A stretch of 64,000 nt of DNA, taken from positions 5,131-69,130 of the forward strand of contig CAZDLY010000005.1 of NCBI GenBank assembly GCA_964506575.1, written 5' to 3'. This stretch comes from an uncultured Akkermansia sp. GTDB taxonomy: Bacteria > Verrucomicrobiota > Kiritimatiellia > RFP12 > JAAYNR01. The notes below the pieces were generated by a model. That model had not been told where the DNA came from, ran no database searches, and was given only the letters and a program-made list of their open reading frames with translations. Below are positions 8,973-17,100 of this stretch, piece by piece. Each line of letters starts with the position of its first letter. Positions within the stretch are counted from its first letter, which is position 1. The position numbers were made by a program, and so were the translations under genes.

Positions 8973-10156
8973 ATATTCCTACCCATCCCTCCGCAATCCG
9001 CGTGGAGCCGGCGAGTCCGTCTCCGCGGCCGGCAGCCGTGCGGGAGGCTTTGGTTCAGGCGCGCGCCGCGCTTGGCACCGCGACGCCGGATCTGCTGCTG
9101 GTGAACGATCCGCAGCGCGCCACGGCCACGCCGGAACTGTTGCGCCAGGCGGACGGTCTGTTTGATCTCTGCCACACGCGGGTGCTCGTGGCCACGGGAA
9201 GCCACACGTTTGCGCCGCCCGTGCGCGAGGCCATGCGGCAGGCGTTTGCCGCGCTGCCACTCGGCGCCTGGGAGTGGCACGACGCGCGCCGTGCGGATCT
9301 GGCGCCCCTCGGCGGCACCGGCGGCTGGCGCGCACATCCGTGGGTAACCGGGGCGTGCCACATCCTCGCCGTCGGCAGCGTCGAACCGCACTATTTCGCC
9401 GGATTCAGCGGCGCGCACAAGACACTGACCATCGGCTGCGCGGCTCTTGCGGACATCGAGCGCAACCATGCCGGGGCACTGGCCCCCGCCTGCCGCCCCT
9501 GCCGGCTTGACGGCACACCGGTGCACGAAGGCGTGGTGCGGATGTTGCAGCCGCTGGCCGAAGGACGGCGGATCGCGGCGGTTAATCTTTTCCAAATCGG
9601 CTCGGTAATTGTGGACGCGGCCGGCGGCTCGCCGCTGGAAGCGCTGCGCACGCTGGTGCCGAAGGTCGAACAGGCTTATCTGCGGCGGATCCCGCAGCCG
9701 GCGGACGCGCTGGTTGCGGAGGTCAGCGGTGCGCTGGCCTGCAGTTTCTATCAGGCCGAAAAAGGGATCAAGAACAACGAGTGGGCGGTGCGCGACGGCG
9801 GGGTGATCGTGCTGGAGGCCGCATGCCCGCAGGGGATCGGACAGGACGCCTTCACGCGGTTGCTGCGCGAGGCCCCGACGTACGCCGAGGCCCTGCAGGC
9901 GGTTCAAACCCGCGGCTACCGGCTGGGCGATCACAAGGCCGTGCGGTTGCGCTATCTCACGGATGCCGCCTGCCGCAGCGTGCGGGTCTTTGTGGTCAGC
10001 CCCGGACTCTCGCCCGGCGACGCTGCCCTGCTCGGCGTGCAAAAGGCGGCTTCCGTGGACGCAGCCCTGCGCGCCGCCGCAGTGCCGCTGTGTGGCGCAC
10101 AGGTGGTGCATGTGGCCGACGCGGGAAACACGTGTGTCGAAGTGGCCTCGCTCTGA
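8969..10156 (+). CDS. LarA-like (lactate racemase domain) family protein, second paralog
   Basis: 395 aa. SVEPHYFAGFSGAHKTL matches the LarA H..AGFSGG.K block (His plus cofactor-tethering Lys), with ..VATGSHT.. upstream. Translationally coupled to 8694-8972. Confidence 0.65.
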   Translation: MNIPTHPSAIRVEPASPSPRPAAVREALVQARAALGTATPDLLLVNDPQRATATPELLRQADGLFDLCHTRVLVATGSHTFAPPVREAMRQAFAALPLGAWEWHDARRADLAPLGGTGGWRAHPWVTGACHILAVGSVEPHYFAGFSGAHKTLTIGCAALADIERNHAGALAPACRPCRLDGTPVHEGVVRMLQPLAEGRRIAAVNLFQIGSVIVDAAGGSPLEALRTLVPKVEQAYLRRIPQPADALVAEVSGALACSFYQAEKGIKNNEWAVRDGGVIVLEAACPQGIGQDAFTRLLREAPTYAEALQAVQTRGYRLGDHKAVRLRYLTDAACRSVRVFVVSPGLSPGDAALLGVQKAASVDAALRAAAVPLCGAQVVHVADAGNTCVEVASL

Positions 10157-10193
10157 CCGCTCCTGCGACACCGGTGCTTCCGCCCGGCACGTT

Positions 10194-10217
10194 CAAGGCC
10201 ACGAAGAACACGAAGTT
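10194..10217 (-). repeat. Short CTTCGTGyTCTTCGTkG module (reverse orientation)
   Basis: The reverse complement aacttcgtgttcttcgtggccttg matches ccttcgtgctcttcgttgtg at 34959-34978 in about 16 of 18 core positions. The match is short, so confidence is low. Confidence 0.3.
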
Positions 10218-10266
10218 TCACCAAGATACCGGGCCGCAAGGGACGGGCCTTCCGTTCCCTGCATCT

Positions 10267-10292
10267 GCCGCCGGCAAGGGACTGCCGGCGGC
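10267..10292 (+). terminator. Perfect 10-bp GC-rich hairpin about 110 nt downstream of the LarA-like gene
   Basis: gccgccggca-agggac-tgccggcggc. There is no clear U-tract, so this is only a candidate terminator or structural element. Confidence 0.35.
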
Positions 10293-11053
10293 TACTACAG
10301 CACCCCGCGCGCAGCAGCATGCCGGTGGGTCGGGCACCCAATCGAAATCGGGACCGGGACCGAAATCGTAATCGACAGCCATCCTGCAACATCCTGTTCA
10401 TCCTGTCCGCAACCGGGATCGTCCAAATCGGGATCGGTGTCGGTATCGGGGTCGATTTCTCCCGTCCAGTTGCTCGTGGCCAAATGCTATCTCGATCTCC
10501 TTTCCGACCCCGATAGCGATTTGGATGAGATCAAGCGCCAACAGGTTCCTGTCCAAAAGTACGGGTTTTGCACCGGCTACCTGCCGCGCGTTTCTCCGAC
10601 CATTCACCTGTCTGGTGCAACAACGATGCCGCAGGAGAAGCCGTCGTCCGGCACGGGGAAGAGCCGTCAGCATCGGCGCGGTGCGTTCCCACGTCCAACT
10701 CATCATCAACCCAGGCGGCCCCGCGCCGAGGGCTGGTCGTCGCAGATCGGGTCGCGGCGCAGCCGTCCGATGGGAAGCGCGTCAGATTGGTCCGTATGCA
10801 AGGCTTGAGACGAAGGGGCTGGATACGCATCCGCCCCGAGGCGAAAACGCAGCAGACGGGCCAATATCACGCGCTTCCCAGCGGCCCGATCCGCGACGTG
10901 CGTACTCACGGCAACACCAACTTGAACCTTCCAACTGCTTTTTTTAGGGTAAACGGCTCCAGGCCGAGTTCATCCGCATCCGCCTTCGTGCCGGACCACC
11001 GATCGTTTCCCTTGATCGCCACATGCCCTGTATTCATCTCGTTGTAGCCTTTC

Positions 11054-11527
11054 CTACGGAATGTGGTTGTCGGTGCCGGCCACGCCGGCCAAGTTGAAAG
11101 CGAAGTCGTAGATCCCCGAACCTACGACATACACGGCACGCCCGTCACGCCGCTCCGCAAAGGATACGCCCTCCGATTTGTTCACGGGCTTGCCGCCTTC
11201 AAGCACGGTCTGCGTTGCATCAACCGGCAGGAAAACGGTGGCCGTCGTGTTGGCCGGAATCTCCAGGTGAAGGTCCACGGCGGCGCCCTGGCGGGTCCAC
11301 TCGCTCTTGATCAGGCCGTGAGACGATTGATAGCTGGCTTTGGCGAAGGTCAGATCGCCGACGATCTGGGGCCGGATGATGAACCGTTTAAACCCGGGGG
11401 CCGCCGGATCGCTGTTGATGCCGGCCAGCCCCTGATAGAACCAGGCGCTGACACAGGTAAGGGCCGGGTGATTCAACGACATCCCCGCGCCCCAGTCCTC
11501 GCTCATGGTGCCGTGCCCGTTGCCCAT
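11054..11527 (-). pseudogene. C-terminal ~157 aa fragment of a GH78 alpha-L-rhamnosidase
   Basis: ..SLNHPALTCVSAWFYQGLAGINSDPAAPGFKRFIIRPQIVGDLTFAKASYQSSHGLIKSEW..IPANTTATVFLP.. matches the conserved C-terminal domain of GH78 enzymes of roughly 900 aa. Only the last ~150 aa plus the native stop are present. Confidence 0.75.
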
Positions 11528-11546
11528 TTTTGTATACTTTTCCGCT

Positions 11547-11828
11547 ATGGCGCATTCTTACGTCGACAACTATCGCCGCGACAATCTGGACGATCATTTC
11601 TTCGTCCGCGTCTTCTGCGCGAACTCCGTTTCCGGAAGAGTGTGGGCTGCACGCCCGCCCAATTCGTGGTTGAACGCCGCATTGCGGCGGCAACCCAGGC
11701 CTTGATCTTCACGAACGACAGCATCGACGAGATCGCCGATCGCCTGGGTTTCGCCAGCCGCTCCCACCTGACGCGCATTTTCAGCAGAGTACGTGCTCAG
11801 AAACGTTCATCCTTCCACAGGGTACTGA
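11547..11828 (+). pseudogene. AraC-family HTH domain remnant, frameshifted
   Basis: Three frames in succession read AHSYVDNYRRDNL.. / ..FRKSVGCTPAQFVVERRIAAATQALIFTNDSIDEIADRLGFASRSHLTRIF / ..AEY....PSTGY*. This is the C-terminal AraC helix-turn-helix pair. No N-terminal sensor domain is present. Its truncated 5' end abuts the truncated 5' end of the GH78 fragment. Confidence 0.65.
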
Positions 11829-11880
11829 CGATGCTGCCGATTTCACTGCATCCGCTTGAGTTCTTTCGGCGCCGCGGATC

Positions 11881-13545
11881 TTATGCGGTCGTTTCCAGCA
11901 GTTTGCGGGCGTGCTCGAGGGTCACGGAGGTCAGGTTCTTGCCGCCGAGCATGCGGGCAATCTCCTCGGCGCGCGCCTCGTCGGTCACGGGTGAGATGCG
12001 GGTGAGCGTGCGATTCTTCTGCACCGCCTTGCTCACCACGAAATGGACATCGCCAAAGACCGCGACCTGCGGCAGGTGGGTGATGCAGAGCACCTGATGG
12101 GTGGCGGCCACGGTGCGCAGCTTGCGGCCCACGGCATGCCCCACCTCGCCGCCGATGTTGGCATCAATCTCATCAAACACCAGCACCGGGATGCGGTCGT
12201 GCCGGGCCAGGACCGTCTTGACGGCGAGCATGACGCGGGCGATCTCGCCGCTCGAGGCGATGTCGCGCAAGGCGCGCATCGGCTCGCCGGGGTTGGGCGC
12301 AAAACCGAAGGAGACGGCGTCGGCGCCGTCGGGACGCGGGGACGCCGGGGTGACGTCCACGCCAAATCCGGCGCGGAGGAAGCCGAGGTCGCGCAGCTCC
12401 CGTGTGATCGCACGGGCGAGACTGACCGAGGCGGCGGCGCGGGCCTTGGATAGCACGGCGGCGCGGGCGGCGCGGGCGGTCAGGGCAGCGGCGATCTCGG
12501 CGTCCAGCCCCGCGAGCCGCTCGTCTCGGGCGGCGAGATCGTCGAGCCGATTCCGGGTTTTCTGCAGCGTGTCGAGCATGTCCTGCACCGTGGCGCCGTA
12601 TTTTCGCCGAAGCTTCTGTATCAGCGCCATCCGCTCTTCCAACTGCTGCAGACGGCCGGGATCGGCGTCAATCCGTTGCAGGCGGCCGGCAATCGTGCGC
12701 CCGAGTTCCTGCACCTGGGTGGCGGCGGACTGCAATTCGGCGCGCCAACCCTCGGCCTCGGGGAGCAGGCGGCCCAATTCGAGCAGGCGGTGCTGCAGGG
12801 CCGCGAGGGTGTCGAAGGCCGATCCCTCGCCGTCGGTCAGCCCGGCGAGGAGGGCGTTGCCGGATTGCAGGATCGCCTCGGCATTGGCCGCTTCGGCGTG
12901 TTCGCGGATGAGGTCGGTGTCGTCTGCCGGGGTCAGGTGGGCGCCGGCCAGTTCGTCCATGACAAACTGGAGGCGGTCCATCTCGCTGGCGGTATCGGCA
13001 GCCCCGTCCAGGAGTTCGGCGCGGCGGCGTTCGAGCGACACGACGGTCCGCCAGGCCTCGTCATAGGCCGCGCGGGCGGGCTGGCAGCGGCCAAAGCTGT
13101 CGAGCAGGTCGAGCTGGAAGGCGGGATCGAGCAGCGACTGGTGGTCGTTCGGGCCGTGGATGTCGACCAGCAGGGCGCCGACGCGCCGGATCGTCTGAAC
13201 CGTGACCGGGGCATCGTTGAGCAGGCAGCGGCCCGCGCCGGCGGCGGCGATCGTGCGGCGGATGATCACCTGTCCGTCCTCGCAGGGGGGGAGGCCGGAC
13301 TCGGCGAGCACGGCATCCACGGCGGCGGGGGCGGCCAGGGCGAAGACCGCCTCGACCTGGGCCTCGACGGCGCCGCTGCGCACCAGCGACTTGTCCGCGC
13401 GCCCGCCCAGCACGAGATCGAGCGCGCCCATCAGGATGGATTTGCCGGCGCCGGTCTCGCCGGTGATGATGTTGAGGCCGGCCCCGGGAAGCATGGAGGC
13501 CTCCTCGACGATCGCCAGATTGTGGACGCGAAGCAGGTTCAACAT
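11881..13545 (-). CDS. recN: DNA repair protein RecN
   Basis: 554 aa. MLNLLRVHNLAIVEE.., Walker A GETGAGKS, a long coiled-coil, and a C-terminal SMC signature / Walker B region (..LVFDEIDANIGG..). Confidence 0.95.
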   Translation of the reverse strand: MLNLLRVHNLAIVEEASMLPGAGLNIITGETGAGKSILMGALDLVLGGRADKSLVRSGAVEAQVEAVFALAAPAAVDAVLAESGLPPCEDGQVIIRRTIAAAGAGRCLLNDAPVTVQTIRRVGALLVDIHGPNDHQSLLDPAFQLDLLDSFGRCQPARAAYDEAWRTVVSLERRRAELLDGAADTASEMDRLQFVMDELAGAHLTPADDTDLIREHAEAANAEAILQSGNALLAGLTDGEGSAFDTLAALQHRLLELGRLLPEAEGWRAELQSAATQVQELGRTIAGRLQRIDADPGRLQQLEERMALIQKLRRKYGATVQDMLDTLQKTRNRLDDLAARDERLAGLDAEIAAALTARAARAAVLSKARAAASVSLARAITRELRDLGFLRAGFGVDVTPASPRPDGADAVSFGFAPNPGEPMRALRDIASSGEIARVMLAVKTVLARHDRIPVLVFDEIDANIGGEVGHAVGRKLRTVAATHQVLCITHLPQVAVFGDVHFVVSKAVQKNRTLTRISPVTDEARAEEIARMLGGKNLTSVTLEHARKLLETTA

Positions 13546-13569
13546 GGCAGGCCACCCCGGATGCGTGTG

Positions 13570-14616
13570 TTATTCCATGAACTTGCCGGTGTGGCGGAAC
13601 GTGACCGCCATGGCGGTGAGGAGGGAGGCCAGATCCATGAGGCGCGCCTCCCGTTGATCCATCCGCACCCGCAACCCGAGCGAACGGGCGCGCTCCACAA
13701 CCTTGTCGAGCAGCATGCGGATATCCTCCGGCGTCATCGCCGACCAGTCGGCGACGCGGGTGATGAGCATGCGGCGGCGGCTGGTGATGAAGGAGGCCGC
13801 CTCGACGGCGGGGACGGGGGCGCGGAATTGCGGAAACACACGCTGGAGCTTGTCGTCGAGGTAGCCCTGGGCCTTGGAGCGGTAACGTTCGGCGCGCTGG
13901 CCGTAGTGCTCGGCGACGGTCATCGCGAGCGTCTCGACCGGCTGCATGAGTTCGCCGCCGGTTACTGCGGGGACGCGCGTGCGCAGGCGGCGCATCACCC
14001 GGTCCACATACGCGAGCTTGCGCAGGGCGGGCCAGTTGGCATAGCGCCTGCGCCAGCCCGATTTCGGCGTGAGCCAGACGGCAAAGGTTTCGGCGAAATC
14101 CTCGTCCGGATGCTTCTGGGCGTAGGTCGTCCGCCGGGCCTGCCCGTGCGCCAGATGGCGGACGAAACGGCGGCTGAAAGGGTCGGTGTCGAACGTGTCG
14201 CGGTAGGGTTCGGCGAACCGTCCGAACAGCTCGCCCCACTCCGGCTCCTCCCAGAGGCGGTAGGCGTAGTTCACCGCGTGGCCGGCTTCGTGGCGCAGGA
14301 GCATCATCACCATCTGCTCGTCCTCGATCTCCCCGGTCTGCTCCTCCTCAATCCGCATCAGCCGCTTGTCGGCCAGATAGAACGGAATACCGATCACCGG
14401 AACCCGGTTGGGGCAGCCCCAGCCATCGGTGATGTAGAACGCGGGCACGAAGCCGATCTTGCGGTCATGAAACTCCTTCTGCAGCCGGTTGAGCGCCGGG
14501 AGGATCGGCGAGCGGGAGAGGCGCAGATTGAGGTCGCAGAGACGGGTGTTCAGCAGTTCGTAACGAACCGTTTCCCACGCATGTATCAGCGAACGAAGAC
14601 GGGCGGCAGCACTCAT
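13570..14616 (-). CDS. Putative zinc metallopeptidase (HExxH)
   Basis: 348 aa starting MSAAARLRSLIHAW... It contains LLRHEAGHAVNYAY (an HExxH motif) and ..HPDEDFAETFAVW... The longer track ORF (to 15297) is an Arg/Gly-rich upstream extension judged non-coding. Confidence 0.6.
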   Translation of the reverse strand: MSAAARLRSLIHAWETVRYELLNTRLCDLNLRLSRSPILPALNRLQKEFHDRKIGFVPAFYITDGWGCPNRVPVIGIPFYLADKRLMRIEEEQTGEIEDEQMVMMLLRHEAGHAVNYAYRLWEEPEWGELFGRFAEPYRDTFDTDPFSRRFVRHLAHGQARRTTYAQKHPDEDFAETFAVWLTPKSGWRRRYANWPALRKLAYVDRVMRRLRTRVPAVTGGELMQPVETLAMTVAEHYGQRAERYRSKAQGYLDDKLQRVFPQFRAPVPAVEAASFITSRRRMLITRVADWSAMTPEDIRMLLDKVVERARSLGLRVRMDQREARLMDLASLLTAMAVTFRHTGKFME

Positions 14617-14775
14617 AGCGGTTTTCCGGCCGGGCAACGGGGTGAGGGGTTCAGGGCAACAGGGCGAAATCCGATCCGGCATCGGTTTGAATTGTCTCAC
14701 GTCCGGCCCCTTTCGTCGAGCCCAGACGATAAACGCTTGCCTAAACGCCCCCGTTGACGGCACAATGGAGCGCTC

Positions 14776-15399
14776 ATGAGCACACCCCTTGAACAGATAC
14801 GCCAGCAGATCGCCCGGCAGGACGCCGAGGTGGTGCGCCAGCTCGCGCAGCGGGCGGTCTGTGGCGTGGCGCCGGGGGGGGGGTACCCCGCCGGCTGGAG
14901 TGCGCCGATCTTTCGCCGCCTGGCTCCGGAGGCGGCATTTCCGTCTGCGCTCGAGTCCTTCCAGGCCCGGATCGAGGCCGGCTTCACCCGCCGGGTCCTG
15001 CCGCTGCTGATTCCGGGTGCCACGGCCGTGGCCGGGGCGGACGAGGCGCGGCGCGCCGCTGACGCCGGCGCCATCGCCGCGATCGCCATCCGGCTCGGTC
15101 TCTCGCTGCAGGTCGCGGCGTGCAAGTTCGCCGGCCGCGACACCCGCCTCCGGGCCGCCGCGGCGGCGGGCGACGCAGCCCAGATCGAGGCGCTGATCAC
15201 CTTTCCGTCGGTCGAGCAGCTCGTCCTGCTGCGGGTCCGATCCTGCGCCGCGGAACACAGTCGCGCCGGCAACCTGCCGCCCCCCCTCGCCGACCATCTG
15301 CCCGCCGCCCTGGACGCCATCTACAGCGGCTGGCTGATCCCCCTGTCACGCGCCATACAGGCGGCCTGGCTCATCCAGGCCGTAACCCGGGAGTCCTGA
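14776..15399 (+). CDS. Hypothetical protein with chorismate-mutase-like (CM_2) helical pattern
   Basis: The N-terminus LEQIRQQIARQDAEVVRQLAQR resembles the first helix of AroQ chorismate mutases. A second similar helical segment lies near the C-terminus. The assignment is weak. Confidence 0.35.
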   Translation: MSTPLEQIRQQIARQDAEVVRQLAQRAVCGVAPGGGYPAGWSAPIFRRLAPEAAFPSALESFQARIEAGFTRRVLPLLIPGATAVAGADEARRAADAGAIAAIAIRLGLSLQVAACKFAGRDTRLRAAAAAGDAAQIEALITFPSVEQLVLLRVRSCAAEHSRAGNLPPPLADHLPAALDAIYSGWLIPLSRAIQAAWLIQAVTRES

Positions 15400-15432
15400 T
15401 AAGCCAGCCTTCCGTTCCGTCCGCAAAACCCC

Positions 15433-16167
15433 ATGCGTTTCTTCCTCTACAACATCCGTTATGGAACCGGGCGCCGCGAGCACCGCGCCTGGATGGATCT
15501 GTTGCGCAAGACCGTCAACCACCTGCCGCGGATCACCGAGCTGATCTGCGGGCACAATCCCGACGTGATCGGTCTGGTCGAGGTTGACACCGGTTCGTTC
15601 CGCAGCCGGGGCGTCAACCAAGCCGAGGCGATCGCCGAGGATCTGGGGAGCTATTTTCACCGGTGCGAGGTGAAATACACCAAGGGCGGGCTGTTCGACC
15701 GCCTGCCCGTTCTGGATAAACAGGCCAATGCCATCCTCACGCGCGGCGAGATTCACCGGGAGCGGTTTCACTACCTGAACTACGGCTTCAAGCGCCTGGT
15801 CATCGAGCTGGAACTGGAGAAAATCAATTTGTTTCTCGTCCACCTGTCGCTCAGCTTCGGCACCCGCCAGCGGCAGCTCACCGACCTGCACGACCTCGTC
15901 ATGGCGTCGGCCAAGCCGTGCGTCGTGATGGGCGACTTCAACGCCCTTTCGGGCTCCAAGGAGATGAAGCTCTTCCTCGCCGCCACCGGCCTGACCTCGG
16001 CCAATCCCAGCCACCAGCCGACCTATCCGAGCTGGCGGCCGACCCGCGAGCTGGACTTCATTTGCACCACCGCCGACATCACCCCGGTCCGCTTCGAGAT
16101 TCTCGGCTCGACCCTCTCCGACCACCTGCCCATCCTCTGCGACCTGCGCATCCCGGGCGAGGCGTGA
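15433..16167 (+). CDS. Endonuclease/exonuclease/phosphatase (EEP) family protein
   Basis: MRFFLYNIRYG.., ..PDVIGLVEV.., ..VMGDFNA.., and C-terminal ..LSDHLPILCDL are the canonical EEP motifs. Confidence 0.8.
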   Translation: MRFFLYNIRYGTGRREHRAWMDLLRKTVNHLPRITELICGHNPDVIGLVEVDTGSFRSRGVNQAEAIAEDLGSYFHRCEVKYTKGGLFDRLPVLDKQANAILTRGEIHRERFHYLNYGFKRLVIELELEKINLFLVHLSLSFGTRQRQLTDLHDLVMASAKPCVVMGDFNALSGSKEMKLFLAATGLTSANPSHQPTYPSWRPTRELDFICTTADITPVRFEILGSTLSDHLPILCDLRIPGEA

Positions 16168-16177
16168 GGGCTCAGCC

Positions 16178-16813
16178 TCATTTCACATGGAGCCGGTGTG
16201 AAAGCACCGCCAGGCTCGCCGCCAGATCCTCGCGCTTGATGATCACCTCGGCGGGAACGACCAGTTGCACCGTCGTAAAATTCCAGATGCCCCGGATCCC
16301 GCCGGCGATCATCGCGTCCGCGACCGGCTGCGCCGCCTCCTGGGGCACCGTCAGAATGCCGATGCGGACGTTCAGCCGCCTGACGATCTCGGCCAGCTTG
16401 TCCGTCGCATAGACCGTCACGCCCGACACCCGCCGCCCCACCCGCCGGGCGTCGAGGTCAAACGCCGCGACGATCTGCAGGCCGTGCTCGCGGAATCCGG
16501 CGTAGCCGAGCAACGCCGATCCCAGTCTGCCGACGCCCGCCAGAACCGTCGCCGTGTCGTCGCTCCAGCCAACGTACCGCTCGATCCCCTTGATCAGCGG
16601 ATCGATCGGGAAACCCAGCCGCGGCGTGCCGCGGACGCCCGACCCGGCCAGGTCCTTGCGCACGACGATCGGGTCGACTTCCAGTATCCTGGCCAGCGCC
16701 GCGCTCGACGCGAAAACCTCCCCGTGATCGCGCATCTCCCGCAACAGCCGCAAATAAAGCGGCAGCCGCTTGACCATCCGATCCCCGATCTCGCTCTTTC
16801 TCGTTCCGCCCAT
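16178..16813 (-). CDS. rex: Redox-sensing transcriptional repressor Rex
   Basis: ..MVKRLPLYLRLLREM.. winged-helix N-terminus and an NADH-binding Rossmann (VLAGVGRLGSALL). Start ATG 16813 gives 211 aa. The track start at 16954 is probably too far upstream. Confidence 0.85.
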   Translation of the reverse strand: MGGTRKSEIGDRMVKRLPLYLRLLREMRDHGEVFASSAALARILEVDPIVVRKDLAGSGVRGTPRLGFPIDPLIKGIERYVGWSDDTATVLAGVGRLGSALLGYAGFREHGLQIVAAFDLDARRVGRRVSGVTVYATDKLAEIVRRLNVRIGILTVPQEAAQPVADAMIAGGIRGIWNFTTVQLVVPAEVIIKREDLAASLAVLSHRLHVK

Positions 16814-16929
16814 ACACGCATCCCGGGTCGTTGGCCAGGCGCCACGTTCCGCATCCCACCCATCCTGCCGGGCCATCCGCCCTCTCCAGGCGGCGTTACT
16901 ATACCACACATTCGGACTTCCCGCATCCA

Positions 16930-16958
16930 CATTTTGCATTTTGCATGGCCGCATTTTG
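16930..16958. promoter_or_regulatory. Three CATTTTG copies (two in tandem) in the rex / ndk-like divergent intergenic region
   Basis: cattttg-cattttg-catggccg-cattttg at 16930-36, 16937-43 and 16952-58. This is a candidate operator or UP-like element with no known consensus assigned. Confidence 0.2.
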
Positions 16959-17100
16959 TGTGTGACAACCCGGCCTCTGACATGCTAACATTCCTCGAAA
17001 GGCCTGTTCATGCCCTGCATGACGGGCAGGGATGGCGTGTGTGGCCGCCGGGAAACAGGAGTTGCCGGCGGGACCTTTCGGCACGCGGCTCAGAAATGAG

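Noticed and set aside
10295-10483. 62-aa minus-strand ORF with DPDTDTDPDLDD, as a calcium-binding repeat protein.
   Set aside because: It has no RBS or signal peptide. It overlaps other equally poor ORFs. The Asp run is simply the translation of a GATCGG-type low-complexity DNA repeat.
12676-14757. 693-aa plus-strand ORF.
   Set aside because: It lies antisense to recN and the HExxH peptidase. Its composition is low-complexity (G/A/R/E) and no motif is recognisable.
16181-16203. The inverted repeat tttcaca-N9-tgtgaaa as a Rex operator.
   Set aside because: The half-sites are in the reverse order relative to the Rex box (TGTGAA-N6-TTCACA) and the spacing is wrong. It lies inside the last codons of rex. 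It is more likely a 3'-end hairpin shared by the convergent EEP and rex transcripts.
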